A stretch of DNA of 62,420 nucleotides, the filler included. It is 12 parts of 12 records of this genome, joined end to end, with 100 filler letters (N's around TTAATTAATTAA, not from the genome) between each part and the next. Parts side by side here need not be neighbours in the genome. Positions count along the whole stretch, not along the records: positions 5,058 to 12,450 come from SRR7504441_7945; positions 12,551 to 16,959 come from SRR7504441_7954; positions 17,060 to 24,135 come from SRR7504441_7964; 9 more parts are not named here. One strand, written 5' to 3'. This document shows, one piece after another, positions 9,871-22,500 of the stretch. Numbering within the stretch: the stretch's first letter is position 1; the number at the start of each line of letters is the position of its first letter. Below the pieces are notes generated by a model. That model was not told the DNA's origin, did not search any database, and saw only the letters and a program-made list of their open reading frames with translations. The position numbers and the translations under genes are program-made.

Positions 9871-11706
9871 ATGCTTGAGATCTTGGTGGCTCTGCTGGCC
9901 CTGGCCGGGCCGGCAGCAGCGGCTGGGCCGGGCTGCACCCTGTCGGCCGGCGAGGAGTACTTGGGCAACGAGCTTCGCCTGTTGGCCAACTCGAGCCAGA
10001 TCGGCTGCTGCGCCGCCTGCGCCAACTTCAGCAGCTGCCGGTACTTCACCTACGACCAGCGCCAGGCCAGCTGCTCGCTCAAGAGCGACAACGCTCCGGA
10101 CACCTCGCGCCCCAACCCGGACTGCGTCTCCGGCTATGTCGGCGCCTACCCCCCGGCCCCCCGCCCGCCGGCAACCGTGCGGGTTGGGCTGGACGCCTCC
10201 AGGGTCCGTTCGCGGACCGAGCCCGGGTATGTTTGTTGGAACCTGGACGCCTCCCGGAACCGGCAATTCTTCGACCGCAACCTGTCGCTGGCTGGAGCAC
10301 TCGGCCGGCAGCTGGCGCGGCAGGCTGCGGCAATCGGGTCGGCCCAGGGCGGGATATCGTTGCTACGGTTCGGCGGCACAGGGAACGACTACCTGACATA
10401 CGAGTTCAACCGGAGCTGCCCGCCGCGGACGGAGTTCAAGGAGTGCCTGAATGTGTCGTGGTGGCGAAACACGCTCGAATTCGCCAAAGCAGCGAACGCG
10501 AAGATGGTGTTTGGGGTTTCGCTCAATACAGGGCACGATGCAATGCAGGCGGGCAGCAGCAGGCGCCTGGCCCAGTTCCCACAGACGTGGGACCCATCGA
10601 ATGCGCGGGCGCTGCTCCAGTGGACGCTTGACAATGGCTACAGCGACTTGATCTACGGGCTCGAGCTCGGAAACGAGCAAAACACTAAATACTCGCCCAA
10701 ACAGATGGCGGCCAACTTTGAATTGCTTCACCGAACGGTGGAACAGCTCTGGGCCGGTCGGGCGTCTCCCAAGCTGCTCGGGCCGGATCCGCATAGCTTC
10801 AAGGAGAACGGCCCAGACCCTGAGCTGCAGAGCTACTTGCTAGAATTCACCGAGCAATGTGCCAAGCTTGGAGTGCCGCTTCACGCGGTGACTCATCACG
10901 AATATATTGAAGTGGACCAACTCTCGTTCACCAGTCCGGCCAAGCTCGACACCACAGGAGCCATCGCACGAGCCGTGAACAAAACCCTCGCTGGCACGGG
11001 GGTGCAGCCATGGGCCGGCGAAGTTGGGCCGCACAATGGCGGCTCCCCGCCCTGTGACCACAGCTCTATGCGGTGGGCAGGGTTTGGCGACTCGCTGTGG
11101 TACGCAGACGCCCTCGCCAGCAAGGCTTGGCACGGTTATGGCGCAATGTGCAGGTATATCAATGCTTGATTGAAGCCTGCCCTTAAGAGTGGGGGCAGGC
11201 AAGACTTCATAGGAGCGGACTACGGGCTTGTCGATTGTTCCACGGGCGCCCCACTGCCCGACTTCTGGACTGCGCTGCTGTTCGCCCGAACAATGGGCCG
11301 AAGCGTGCTTTCGGCTGCTGTTAGCACTCCGAATGCGAGTGCAATTCGAGCATATGCGCACTGCACCGCCAACGCCAGTAGCAGCGCTACGTTTCTACTG
11401 ATCAACCTGGCGCGGGTGTCCGTTACTGTTGAGCTGGGCCAAGATTCGAGTGGCTGGAAGCAACAAGAATACCACTTGACCCAATCGCCGCACAGGTCGG
11501 CACTGTTAAACGCTACCGGGATGCTAGGGACTAACATCTTGCTCAACGGAAGGTTGCTGCAGCTAGAGCCGGATGGGGCGGTGCCGGAGGTGCACGGTGC
11601 TCGGGCGGCCACTGCAGGTACAGTGAGGCTTGCCCCGGAGAGCCTGGCGTTTGTGGTAGTCGCACACGAATCTTTAAAAAAAGCGTGTGCGGAGGGCCAC
11701 GTGTGA
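9871..11706 (+). CDS. Secreted GH79 heparanase/beta-glucuronidase-like protein with N-terminal PAN/apple domain
   Basis: Signal peptide; CCAACANFSSCRYFTY..CSLKS (PAN); LLRFGGTGND; acid/base ELGNE; nucleophile WAGE; one intron gives CRQDFIGADYGL..PLPDFW. Confidence 0.9.
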
Positions 11707-12007
11707 TCTCACTCAAGAGGAAGGCATTATGTACATATATTATCTAGGTTGTGTGGCTCGGGCCCAAAATGTGAATGTACTTAATGCGCAACGGTATACA
11801 TGTATCGCCCTCGCACGTTTCTCGCACATGAGTCACCGCCTTGATTTTGTACTCATGCGTAATTGTATAATGATTGAGTTTATGATCGGCATCGAACCAA
11901 CCAGTCAGTGCATGGTTAAATCCTCCGGTGACTACTCTCACCGATGTAACTCTCAGCGACCAGCATAAATGCTCCGAGGCCGTAGCCCAGCACAAGCAGC
12001 TCACAGC

Positions 12008-12340
12008 TCACAGATGAAACATCTCCCACTGAAGCTGCCCCCTGTACGCCTTGTACCCGGCCTCCCCGCGCGGCGGCTTCAGCCCGACCTTCCACCGGAA
12101 CCGCCCGTGGTCGCAGCTGCCCGGCCCGGTAGCCGCCCGCCAGAGTGCTTTCTCGGGGAGTCCGCGGGCCCCTACTGACATTACCCGGACACGCGGGTCA
12201 TGCTGGGGCGGGGCGTGCATGATCGAGCGGGCGGCCTCGGCGTGCGCCAGCTGCTCCAGCTTGGCCGCCAGCGCCGCAGCCTGCGGGTCTGCGTAGTGGA
12301 ACACCCCGGGGTGGGCCAGCACTGCTGGGTGACCTTGCAT
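12008..12340 (-). CDS. Small hypothetical protein
   Basis: GC3-rich ORF MQGHPAVLAHPG...; no recognisable motif and the 3' end is uncertain. Confidence 0.35.
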   Translation of the reverse strand: MQGHPAVLAHPGVFHYADPQAAALAAKLEQLAHAEAARSIMHAPPQHDPRVRVMSVGARGLPEKALWRAATGPGSCDHGRFRWKVGLKPPRGEAGYKAYRGQLQWEMFHL

Positions 12341-12572
12341 GGTGGCCGCAGTATAACGGCCTCCCCGGTCGGGCCTTGCCAAACGGGAGATCTCTAGAGG
12401 GAGCGGCCCACTGGCACTCGCACATGGGGCGCCTACCTACGGTGCGGCCCNNNNNNNNNNNNNNNNNNNNNNNNNNNNNNNNNNNNNNNNNNNNTTAATT
12501 AATTAANNNNNNNNNNNNNNNNNNNNNNNNNNNNNNNNNNNNNNNNNNNNATACATGATTGTACATACGTAG

Positions 12573-15500
12573 CTAGCTTGGCAGGCGAGCTAAGTTCGGA
12601 GCGCTCTGACTGTTGAGCCTATTCAACTTGAACCCGCTTGAAGAGCGAGGCCGTGTGACTACACCACGCTCAGCTTGGTCTTCGGGAGGTGCGCCATCGG
12701 AGCGGGCACACGGCTGACACGCCGAGTCGACCATGGCAAACAGTCCGGTCTCCGAATGCGGCGCTGAGCATGCAACGCACACAGGCGGTTGAGTCGAACC
12801 CGGCCGGATCCACTGTGTATCCCCGCCTGGGTAAGCCCACGCCACCCAGGCATGACACGCGCCTGCGCGCTTGAGGCCGTTGTGATAGGCGTTCTGGATC
12901 TCTTGTATAAGATGATGAGCCCAAGGCATCGATCCAAAACACCGGGTTCGGATATCGAGCGCTTCTTTGAGCATCCCCAGAGCCTGCTCTAGATGGCTCA
13001 TGGCCTGCTTTGGCCCGGCTGCCAACCAGTGAGGCTCAATCCAATGCAAGTCGAGCTTAAGTTTGGCGAGTTGGAACAGCGCAGTACCAACCGCAGCGCT
13101 GCCTTGGCCTTGAAGCCGCCGCAAGCAACGAATCGCGGCTTTATACAACCTCTCACGCTCGGCTGCACACTCGTCACAGACGACAACAGTGCGCAAGCCG
13201 TTCTCCCGACGAACATGCCGCGACACAGCGTTGAGATTGGTCGAGGAGGTGCTCCGAGGCACTGGCGTGATGCGCACTCGATGTGTCTCGTCGGAGCAGC
13301 GCTCACAGCACATGCCAGCTGAGTGGTGCAGAGCTCGAGCGACCAGCTCGTGATCCTCACCATGCATCAGCTTAACAACGAGCTCATGCTCTTCTGCCAC
13401 GATGCTTCGCTGCCTCGCGACCCAGTAGCAGTGGTCGCATCTATTGCAGCCCGGAGTGCAGCTCTGCACAGTCTGTGCCTTCAGGCGGCACCACTCGGCC
13501 TCCGTGTGCATTAAGTCCGCTTCTAGCAGTTGATCGCCAGACACTTGCGCATCCCACATCTTCTGTGCCCTGTCGATGAATATGCGCGCTTCATCGCATC
13601 GCACACTGGTGGTCAGCCACTGTTTCGCGCTGTCATGTACTAGGGACAGCGCAATTCTTTGCAATGCTTGAACTTCCCAATGCGCTGGCTTCCGAGTGGG
13701 TGGTTCAAGCTTTTGATTCAACTGAAGCGCTTGCTTGAAGTGCTCGATGGCGTTCGATAGTGCCATCACATCGCTGTAAAGGCACCCAAGCAGGTAATTC
13801 ACTTCCACCATCAGCAACTGCCCGTTTGGCTCGCTTTGGTAGTCAGGCATCTGCGCTACAAGCTGACAAGCGTCCTCGAGAATTGCTCGTGCGCACTCAA
13901 AACAGGACCGAGACATCACGAATCTCGCGCTTATGAGCATGAAATTGACCTTCCTACTCAAGGTCTGGGCAGCGGTCAGACCTTGCTCCTCGACCTGCAC
14001 GTGATGCTTGGTTATCATTTCCGGGACCATGCTCTGCAGCAGACTGTGCCCCTTGGTTTGCTCCGACCAGATCTCTGCCAACTCAGTGACATGCTGCGGC
14101 CGCTGCATGTTTTCAAACACGTCTGGCCGCATCACGTGTGAAAGCAGTTCTCCTCCCGACATACCAGCCTGTTTGAGGTGCCACACTAAAGCGGAAGCCT
14201 CCCACGGCCCTATGGTTGAGCGAGCCAAGTGGCATGCAAGTTTCGAGTGAAACTCGCACATCTCCTGCACTGAGCTGAACAGTCTCCCCACAGCTGCTCT
14301 AATTGACATAGAAAGGAAGTCTACCAGCCCGTCCCATTGCTGATACAAGCAATCGCCAGCTTCGATTTGAATTGCCGACCAACGCCGTTCTAGTTCCTGG
14401 GCCTGCCCGTGCCCAAACTCTAGCCCCAATGTCCCAATCAGCACTCGCAGTGGCAAGCCGTCCCGCGAGATAAATATCAGCTTAAGTGCATCGCCCACAA
14501 TCGGATCCAGTGCCTGCCAACGGGCCAGAACCTTGTCGTACACTTCCTCGCAAGTCCGATTGGACCCGTCCCGCCGAAGAGTGAGGTCCAATATATCTCC
14601 CGTCAGGCTATCGTGTGACGCTGACATGCGGAGTTCATCGAGCAGCAAAAGCAAGACTGAATAGCGCCACGATAGCGGTGATTCGCATAGCTGCTCGATC
14701 TGATGATCATCAAGCCGCTTGCAGTGATACTCCAGTAGCGAAGCCGCCACTTCACGCCGCTCGGCTTCGGCTTCGGCTTCGGCTTCTGCGCTCAGCCCAA
14801 CGCCGCCCATGAGTTTGAGCTCTACGGCAGTTGCATCCGACCTGAGCTTCAGACTCTCCAGGATAGGATCGCCCTTCTGACCAGTCACAACTAGCCTTGT
14901 TGAGCTCGGGATCTGACCGGGCTTGGGGAGCCATTCCAACGCTGCACACCGCACAGGTAAACCGCATCTCAAGTATGGTTCAGACCTGCGAAATGGCTCG
15001 ACGGAGCTCCATCGCCAAGCTCGCTGGGCGTGTCTGTGGTGAGCAAGTCGGCTCTGTCGATGACCACAACGGCCGGACCAAGATTCCAGCACACAGAAAG
15101 CAGTCTGCATAGCCGCTCCTCTGACCCCAGCAAGTTCTGGTCAGCGGCAGGCTCCTGCCCCACGGTCAGCTCCCCAGGCCAGCATTTGCAGGCGCACCTG
15201 GCCTATATGACACAGTCGGAGCTCTGCGATGATCCGCCTCAGCAGTACCTGTATCGCGCCGCGTAGCGAGCCCATTGCACCGACCAAACCCCGTTTGGCT
15301 GCCACAGCAAAGTGCGTGACCAGACACAAACCCGGCTCGGCTTCCCTGAGTGCTCTAACCCAGGCGGAGATGAGCATGGTCGCAGGAGCGCCCTCCTCCG
15401 CCTCGAGGACCAAGATGTTGGTATGTCGCAGCCGCATGGCCTGCCGTTGAGCTTCCCTCAGCTCCTGGTAGCTCCTCGCACTGGCCTCTGAAAACCACGG

Positions 15501-16937
15501 CTGCTGCGGCTCGAACGCCTTGCACACCTTCTCTACACAGCTCACCAGCTCCACAAACCCGACTGGGCTATCTTCGAGCAACCCGTACAGCTCCTCCTCG
15601 GCCTGCTGCTTCTGCAGCTCGCTGAGCCAACAGCCTGCAGCTGAGCCTGACCAGACCCACTCGGCCAGCGCCTCAAGCTCCGGTCCATCAAGCAGCCCGT
15701 CCCTGTCCTTGTCCAGTTTATCGAACATCACCTTCACCTCCGCCCGCAGCTCACTCGCTCCTTCCCCCGCTGACCCAGCCACTGTCGGCCTAACCGCCGG
15801 ACCCGCGTGCTGCTCTAGCCTCTCCCGCAGCCCCTTGGTGCGCTCTGTGTCCACGAACACTCTCGGATCGCCTCGACAGGCCGCGAACGTCTCGTGATCC
15901 AGCCAGTCTCGTCGGAGCGCCTCGGTGTCAAACCAAGACGAGCGCGGCTGAGCCGCTGTTGCAGAACACAACGGCCCGTGCCCACAGTGCTCTCTGAGCA
16001 CCGAACGCCAGTCTGCTGTGACCAGCTCGCCCAGCTCCTGGCAGCTCCCGAACTCGCGCACCTGGAGCCCGGCCTCCCGTATCCCCTGCTTGAGCTCAGC
16101 CAGCCGCTCCCGCCCATAGTCTGTCTGCTCAGTCAAGCGCTCCCGCAGCCTGTCCCTCTCTTCAGGGGTCGAAGCCTTTCTGACCAGGTCGGGCACGCGG
16201 TCAGCCGACCCTATATAGAAGAAGGCGCACTCGGCCTTGGCAGGGTCCCAGCAGTCCTTTTTGAAGTCCCAGCATGCTTCGCGGATCTCAAGTTCTGTCA
16301 GGCTGAGGTGTCGGAATGCTTTGGCTTTGACCCAACGGAAACCGTGCCGGGCGGCCAGGTCAAAGTGTGTATCGAGCCAGTGCCGGCCGGGGCCAGGCGG
16401 GCAGTGCGAGCCGTACCGCTCGCCGAGCAGGCAGATGAAGTATGGCCTGCAGGTGCGGTGGATGCAGTGCAGGCAGTTTAATACCACCCGCCCCCGGCTG
16501 CACTCGGCTTTGCTTACACCCCACTGCAGGTCGATCGGACAGAAGTCAGCCCCGAAGCTCTCCTGCGCCTCGGCCCGCAGCCTGGGGAACACGCGGTCTC
16601 TCAGCCACTCACGTTCCTGCCGCATGTCATCGAACGTGGACGACAGGAACGGCTTGACGGGTCGGCCACGGGCCAACCGGCGCTCCCTGTACCAGAGCAC
16701 CGACGGGGCCACCGTGGGCTGGCTGGCCGTCTCTTGCCCGCTGCCGACTGGCTCTTCCACCAGAGGCGCCGCCTTTGCCCAGCGCGCGGCTCGGATCCGC
16801 ATGTCGCGCGCCTTGGAGTTGCGCCGGTGCTCCCGGCGGCTCGCATTCCCACGTGGGCTGATGCGCTTCGAGCGCGGCTTGCTGCTCCCCCGGCCCCGCT
16901 GCTCCTCGGCCTCGTGGTCGCTGGCCGAGTCCACCAT
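12573..16937 (-). CDS. DUF4062 + degenerate NACHT/STAND-like + TPR protein (NPHP3/TTC41/TEP1-like architecture) with inserted EF-hand
   Basis: VKPFLSSTFDDMRQERE..FCPIDLQWG..PYFICLLGERYG..SLTELEI (DUF4062); DKDRDGLLDGPE (EF-hand); Walker-B-like VVVIDRADLL; LEWLP; TPR-like repeats. Two introns (~14940-15200) join the ORFs. Confidence 0.82.
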
Positions 16938-17059
16938 CCCACCCCTGCGGCCGCGCCCCNNNNNNNNNNNNNNNNNNNNNNNNNNNNNNNNNNNNNNNNN
17001 NNNTTAATTAATTAANNNNNNNNNNNNNNNNNNNNNNNNNNNNNNNNNNNNNNNNNNNN

Positions 17060-17983
17060 GCGCCAGCCCTCGCTCCGCTCCCCCCGCAGCATCCGTGATC
17101 GAGCTGATCATAACGCTTGAGGTGGGACGATTCAGAGGCTTTAGCACACTCGCGCTCGCGTCTGGGCTGCGAATGGTGGACTTAGGATGGGACGAGCCAA
17201 CTGACCACAAGCAACGTCCGGATATTGATTACCAGCACCTGGAACAAATGCCCAAGCAGCGAAGGCTCATCTCGTTGGACCCAAATCCGCTTCCAGATGC
17301 GACTCGTCTGATTGCGAAGCATAATCTGACCAAGTACGTCGACTTTGTTGATATGGGCTCTAGGCAGTACACACCTGACCGTAGTTTTGACATGATGTTT
17401 CTTGACGGTGATCACTCGTACAAAGGCCTGCTCAATGATTGTGAAACGCTGTTAGCACACTTGCGCCCAGGAGGCTACTTTATCATCCAGTAACATGCCT
17501 CCCATTTGTTGCACCTGACGATTTACTGTCCAGTGACTACTACGGCTGGTATATTGACAAAGTCAACCATTCTCCGATCCGACAGGCATGCTGAGCCATG
17601 AACTGAGCCCGGGCTTATTGAGACTTGCTGTGCAGCTCGCGCATCAGCTAACTCTCTCACACCGGTTCGAGCAGATACTGATCGATACGCATTACATGTC
17701 TTTTGTAGTTTTTCGGAAACCATATGAAGCTAAGGCGATGCTTGCGAACAACCTGCCAATGACAATTCCTATGAAATCGGCTTGCTTGTGGGGAGATGGG
17801 CAGCCCCAGTGTAAACCAGCGACATCGAACAAGGTCACGGGAGAGACACTGGGCGAGTTTAAGGAGACACAATCAGTCAAGAATTTCTTGGCAATGCAAG
17901 AGCAGCTCGATACTCAACGGAAGGTGATAAAGGAGCTCAGCACTAAAGTAGAATCTAAACTCACGTTGCAAGCTCGGTCATGA
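17060..17983 (+). CDS. Class I SAM-dependent methyltransferase (Methyltransf_24-like), 5' truncated
   Basis: LEVGRFRGFSTLAL and FDMMFLDGDHSYKG..D..LRPGGYFIIHDY after splicing; the second intron is probably GC-AG (17586-17635). Confidence 0.82.
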
Positions 17984-18013
17984 TAAAGCCATGTAATCTA
18001 AACGTGATTTAGA

Positions 18014-19404
18014 TCAGACATCGTAGTAACCAATGGCATCGTGTTCGTGACACGAGTGCCAGAGGCTGTCTAATCGCTCTGCTCGTAAGGCTTGGCCCTC
18101 TTTAACTCTGGGGCTTAGCTCAGCAGAACCACGCCGCGGCTTTGCTCGTTTTACGTCCTCTGACTTGTTCCCCGACTTCTTCGTTGGCTCAACTTGCGGC
18201 TGGACCTCTTTGTCTATCGATAAGGTACTAGACAAGGCACTGCGGGTAGCATCGTCTTGTTCGCAATCAAAGACGACTTGCCGCGGTGACGGGTCAGCTT
18301 GATCGCTGGGCTCAACAGAGGACGGCGGCTGGTGCACTTGGTTCAACACGAGCTCCGACTGGCTGGCACAGGCACACTTTGGGGCGCAGGCGCGGTGCAG
18401 GCTCGCTTCGGAATCGGCACGCAGTGCCACGCTGAGCTGGACAGTGACACTGGCACAGCAATCTGGCCTCCTCCATTTGATGAAGGCAAACTTGATACTG
18501 AAGAGCCAAACGTTGGTCAGGCAGCTCAGGCAGAAGCTCTCTACATTGAATCCCACTTCGAGCACGTGAATCACCGGATTCCTGGCAGTGAACCATCCGA
18601 GGCTGAGCAGCAGCCAAAGTGCTGCAAACAAACAAGTGAGCACAAGCCAGGCAGCCACTCACCGGTGTTAACGGTGCACCCAAGCAAGTGCGGCACCCGG
18701 GTATAGTGTGTGGTTTGCTTCTCGTTACCGTCGCCGAGCATCACAACATCGGACCCAAAGTGGCCGAGCACGTGCGTGGTCCCTATTGTGAGCAGCATGG
18801 GCGGCACCCGCTCCTGCGGAATGATCATCGCGAACAGCACCGTGAACCCGAGGCCGTTGGCCAGGAGGTACCACGACTCGAACTGCTTGACCACCAGCCA
18901 GAGCAAGTCCAGGTTCCAGCAGCCCACCCAGCTGACCGCCTGCGGCAGCATCAGCACCGCCCCCGTCCACATGACCACTTGGGCCTCCAGCTCTAGCCTC
19001 GCTGGCATGCACAGCCCGCCCACCCCCATCCCGTACGACAGCCAGAAGCTGCAATTGACCACTTTCCAGTGCTCGGCCGTCCAGCGCTGCAGCTCGCCGG
19101 CGCGCTCCGCCGGGTCGGCTATCCCGAGCAGCCGGCACAGGCTGAAGTAGACCGTGTTCCAGGGCTGGAGCACCCCCGGGAAGCTAGTCGCGTGCGCCAG
19201 GTCGGGTGCCAGCGCCCAGTGCAGCCCCAGCTCAGGATCGGCCCTCAACGCGCCCCGATTGCAGCAGGCCGGTGAGACTGCCCAGCTACCCTCCTGCTGG
19301 CTGTGGAACGGCTCGAGCAGCCGAGCCCCGCAGCTGCGCGGCCGGCGAAGCCCCTGGTACAGGTAGACCGGCCGCTGTGCAGCCTCTTCACGGCTCGCGT
19401 CCAT
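18014..19404 (-). CDS. Hypothetical multi-pass membrane protein
   Basis: ORFs 18571-19404 and 18014-18658 are joined by a short intron and contain about six hydrophobic segments. Confidence 0.65.
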
Positions 19405-19542
19405 CCAAGGCCCAACCGCTCAGCCGCTCACACAGCTGCAGTCGGGATTCTCCAGGGTGGTACGGTACATGCCCGGGCCACAGTCGGCGGGCTCACGGCC
19501 GGTGCGGCAGGCAGGCGCGCCGCACCGTCGATCGATAGCGCG

Positions 19543-22500
19543 ATGCCCGGGCTCGTCGACCTCGGCCACCACTTGCAATGCTCGATCGCGCTGGAGCTGC
19601 TGCACCACCCGATGAGCCTGGCGAAACTCCAGTCCGCCTGCACGGTATCTACAGCAGCCCCGCGCCCCCGTCCCCGCTCGCGCGTGGTGGCGACGTCCGC
19701 CAGGTGCTCGCTTCGTCGTTCAGCGACCACGTGGTCTGGAAGTCGGCCTCCCTGCACCAGGCCACCCTGCTCGACGCCCGCTGCGCAGGTCAGTGCGCTG
19801 TCCATCAGTCGATCAACTGCCCGTCGGTCGCGTGCGCCCCCCTGAGCCACGGCGTGTTCAGCGCCCGATGACGCACCCACCGACGACAGTGACGTACACA
19901 TGGAAGGCGACGAGGATGAACCAGAGACTGGTGTCGCCAACCCCGCTGACGATCAGGAGAAGAAGAAGGCGCCTGAGCGGACCCGTCTGTGTGAGCTCGA
20001 GGAGAACGACGAGTGCGTCGACTGGAGAAAGCAGACGTTCGAGATCTACTTCTACCTCAACCCTCAGCTCAATCGATGCAGTCTGTGTGGCGGAGGCTGT
20101 ACGCAACCTCTGAACGAATTCTGGCGCCGTCGATGTGCGTGCCTTGCTGTTGCCCCCTGATCGGGCGATGTGCCAGTCTGTACGCTCTGCATTCACACCG
20201 AGCTGATTAAAAAGACCAAATGCAAGGAGCTGTTGTGCGCCCCTGTCACTGACTGACAGCATTAACCCTGCTGAGCAGCCCTATCACCGACAGTATGCTC
20301 GCTGGACTCAAGTCGCAGGAGCAATATGTCCACTGTGGCTTCAACAAGGCGCTGCTCACCATCATTTTCCTCAAGCGCGACGTCGAGCGCTGCGTCCAAG
20401 TGAGCCCTTTCTACACTTATCGCCCACTGAGAAATTCACCAGCTCAAGTACGGAGGAGCTGACGGGGTCAAAAATGAAATGAAGAAGCGAGAGGAGAAGA
20501 AGAAGAAGCGCAAAGAGAGCGCGCAGGTCGGTAGCGACTTCTAGCTCTATTTACAGCTGTATGCAGCAAAAGCAGGAGGCATTCGCAGCAGAAGTGGTCG
20601 CACAAGTCCAGGCGCTCGGTGTGCACTCCAGCATGGATGTCTTGAGTCTTGATTGGTTCTTATGATAGGGCCGGAGTACACAACCCTCTACAGCTTGAGG
20701 AAATACGTGCCCATATGAATTGCCGGTAGCGCATTGACGGATCTGATTTGCAGCTTGGCTATTCGGGCCTGTTTGAGGAGCTCGAAACTTATTCCAAGCA
20801 CGGCACCGGTCGAACGGTATGGGGCGGTCCCATACCAGCATCGATCTCAGGTGCATGGGTTGGCAGACCAAGAAGTCCAAAAGCAGTAAAACACCGGCAC
20901 CCCCGAAAGCCAGAGAGCTTGCAGTGATCATGGTAGATGTCAAAGCAGGCATCAAACAGCACGGGGTGGGTTATCGCAGGATACGGCTTGAATGATTCTG
21001 TGTGTTGAAGGAGAATCAGCTTGCTCGGCAACAATCTGAAGCGAAGCGGAAGGTAACAGCGAGCTTGCTCCAGAAAGTGACGCTGCAATGACCAGGAGCT
21101 GACAGCTGCACTCAAGCATGCATGGAACGAGACTTACGAAAGTGGCCAGAAGAACTCGTTGCCTCCTGCAGGGAAAATCTCGCAACTCGCCTGGGAGCAT
21201 CCTGAAGCGAAGAAGTACATTGAAGGCGGCTCAAGGCTCAAGGCGGCGAAAGTGGCTTCCAATATTATCAAGGGCGAGGTGAATAGTTCCAGGAGAGTCA
21301 GCTTCTGAGAATGATGGCAGGTCAAAGATCAGTTGAACGAGTCCAACTGGCTCAAGGTGAGAGCTCGTTAGCGCTGCGTTAGCCTGAGCTGTCTTGATTG
21401 CTGGTCGCCAGGTGATGGAGCCTGTTTTCAACGACCTTGTGTCTGACGACTCGATCAAGTCCTTCGCCATGAGACCATTAACCGAGATCGTCAAGGATCC
21501 TAAGCATGGACTGCTTAAAAAGGCGCCTAAGGGATCACAGGCCATAGAGGCATCACGCACAATTCTCCTCGAGGAATACAGTTCTTCGGGTTTCTGCTCC
21601 AAGTATCAAACTGACAGAGAAGCGAGGGCAGTTCAGCTTGCAGCTATGTCCACCGATGCACTCACTATTATTCAAAGTGACCCAGCTTTCAAAGCACTGA
21701 CTGACAACTGGGTCGTCACTGGAAGCGTCATCGTGGACGATACCAAGCCTTATGCACTGATAGGTGACTGGAAAGCCGTAGATGGTTCAAAAACTGGCTT
21801 GCGTTTGCGGAGGGAGACACCAAAAAGCGCTGAACAGCTTGAACGGCACTTAGTAGGCATCAAAAGGGCTCGAGATAGAACAGGGGAGCAACAGGATAAA
21901 TTCGATGCTCTACTGCAAGATCATGGCTTCGAGGCAAACGAGAGACTGGTCGCTTCCATTACTCACTTTCGGGAACACGGAAAGTCAGATTCAGCAACGA
22001 CAGACGCGCTCGCTGTTGAATTTGGCTGCACGTACGATGATCCTCATGCGTTTGGAAGGTCCTCGGTTTATTGGGCAAGGCTGATCTCTCGTGTTCCTCA
22101 GGTTCCTTCTGCATGTGCAATACATCGAGGCGCGCATCGAGCAGCTGCAACAGGCCATGCTCCAGCGCGGCATTGACATTTCTCCTTTGCATCCCTGGCT
22201 CTGCAACTCTGATGTATCTATGGACCTTGAAATTTGCCCTTCCATTCCTGGTCCGTAGCTCATCGGTGTGCTTGTGCTCAGAGTGGCCTTGCAGAGCTGA
22301 CACGCAATATGATGAAGGCATGGATCTTCTACGAACCTGGATCGCCCCCTTACGGAACTGGACAGCTCCTGAATCGCACAATTACCTCAGTTCGGGCTAA
22401 GGTGGAGCTGAAACATCTTGAAATGACTGAGAAGTCAAGCCCAGACGCTGATCAGCATGCTGCACCTTATGATTATGATAGGTACGCAGCAGAGTATGAG

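Noticed and set aside
11150..11200. In-frame stops in GH79, the methyltransferase and other genes as stop-codon reassignment or selenocysteine
   Set aside because: Each stop examined falls within a removable mini-intron, and TAA, TAG and TGA all terminate conserved genes, so the standard code suffices.
14761..14787. (TCGGCT)n repeat
   Set aside because: Simple coding (EA)n microsatellite within the TPR protein gene.
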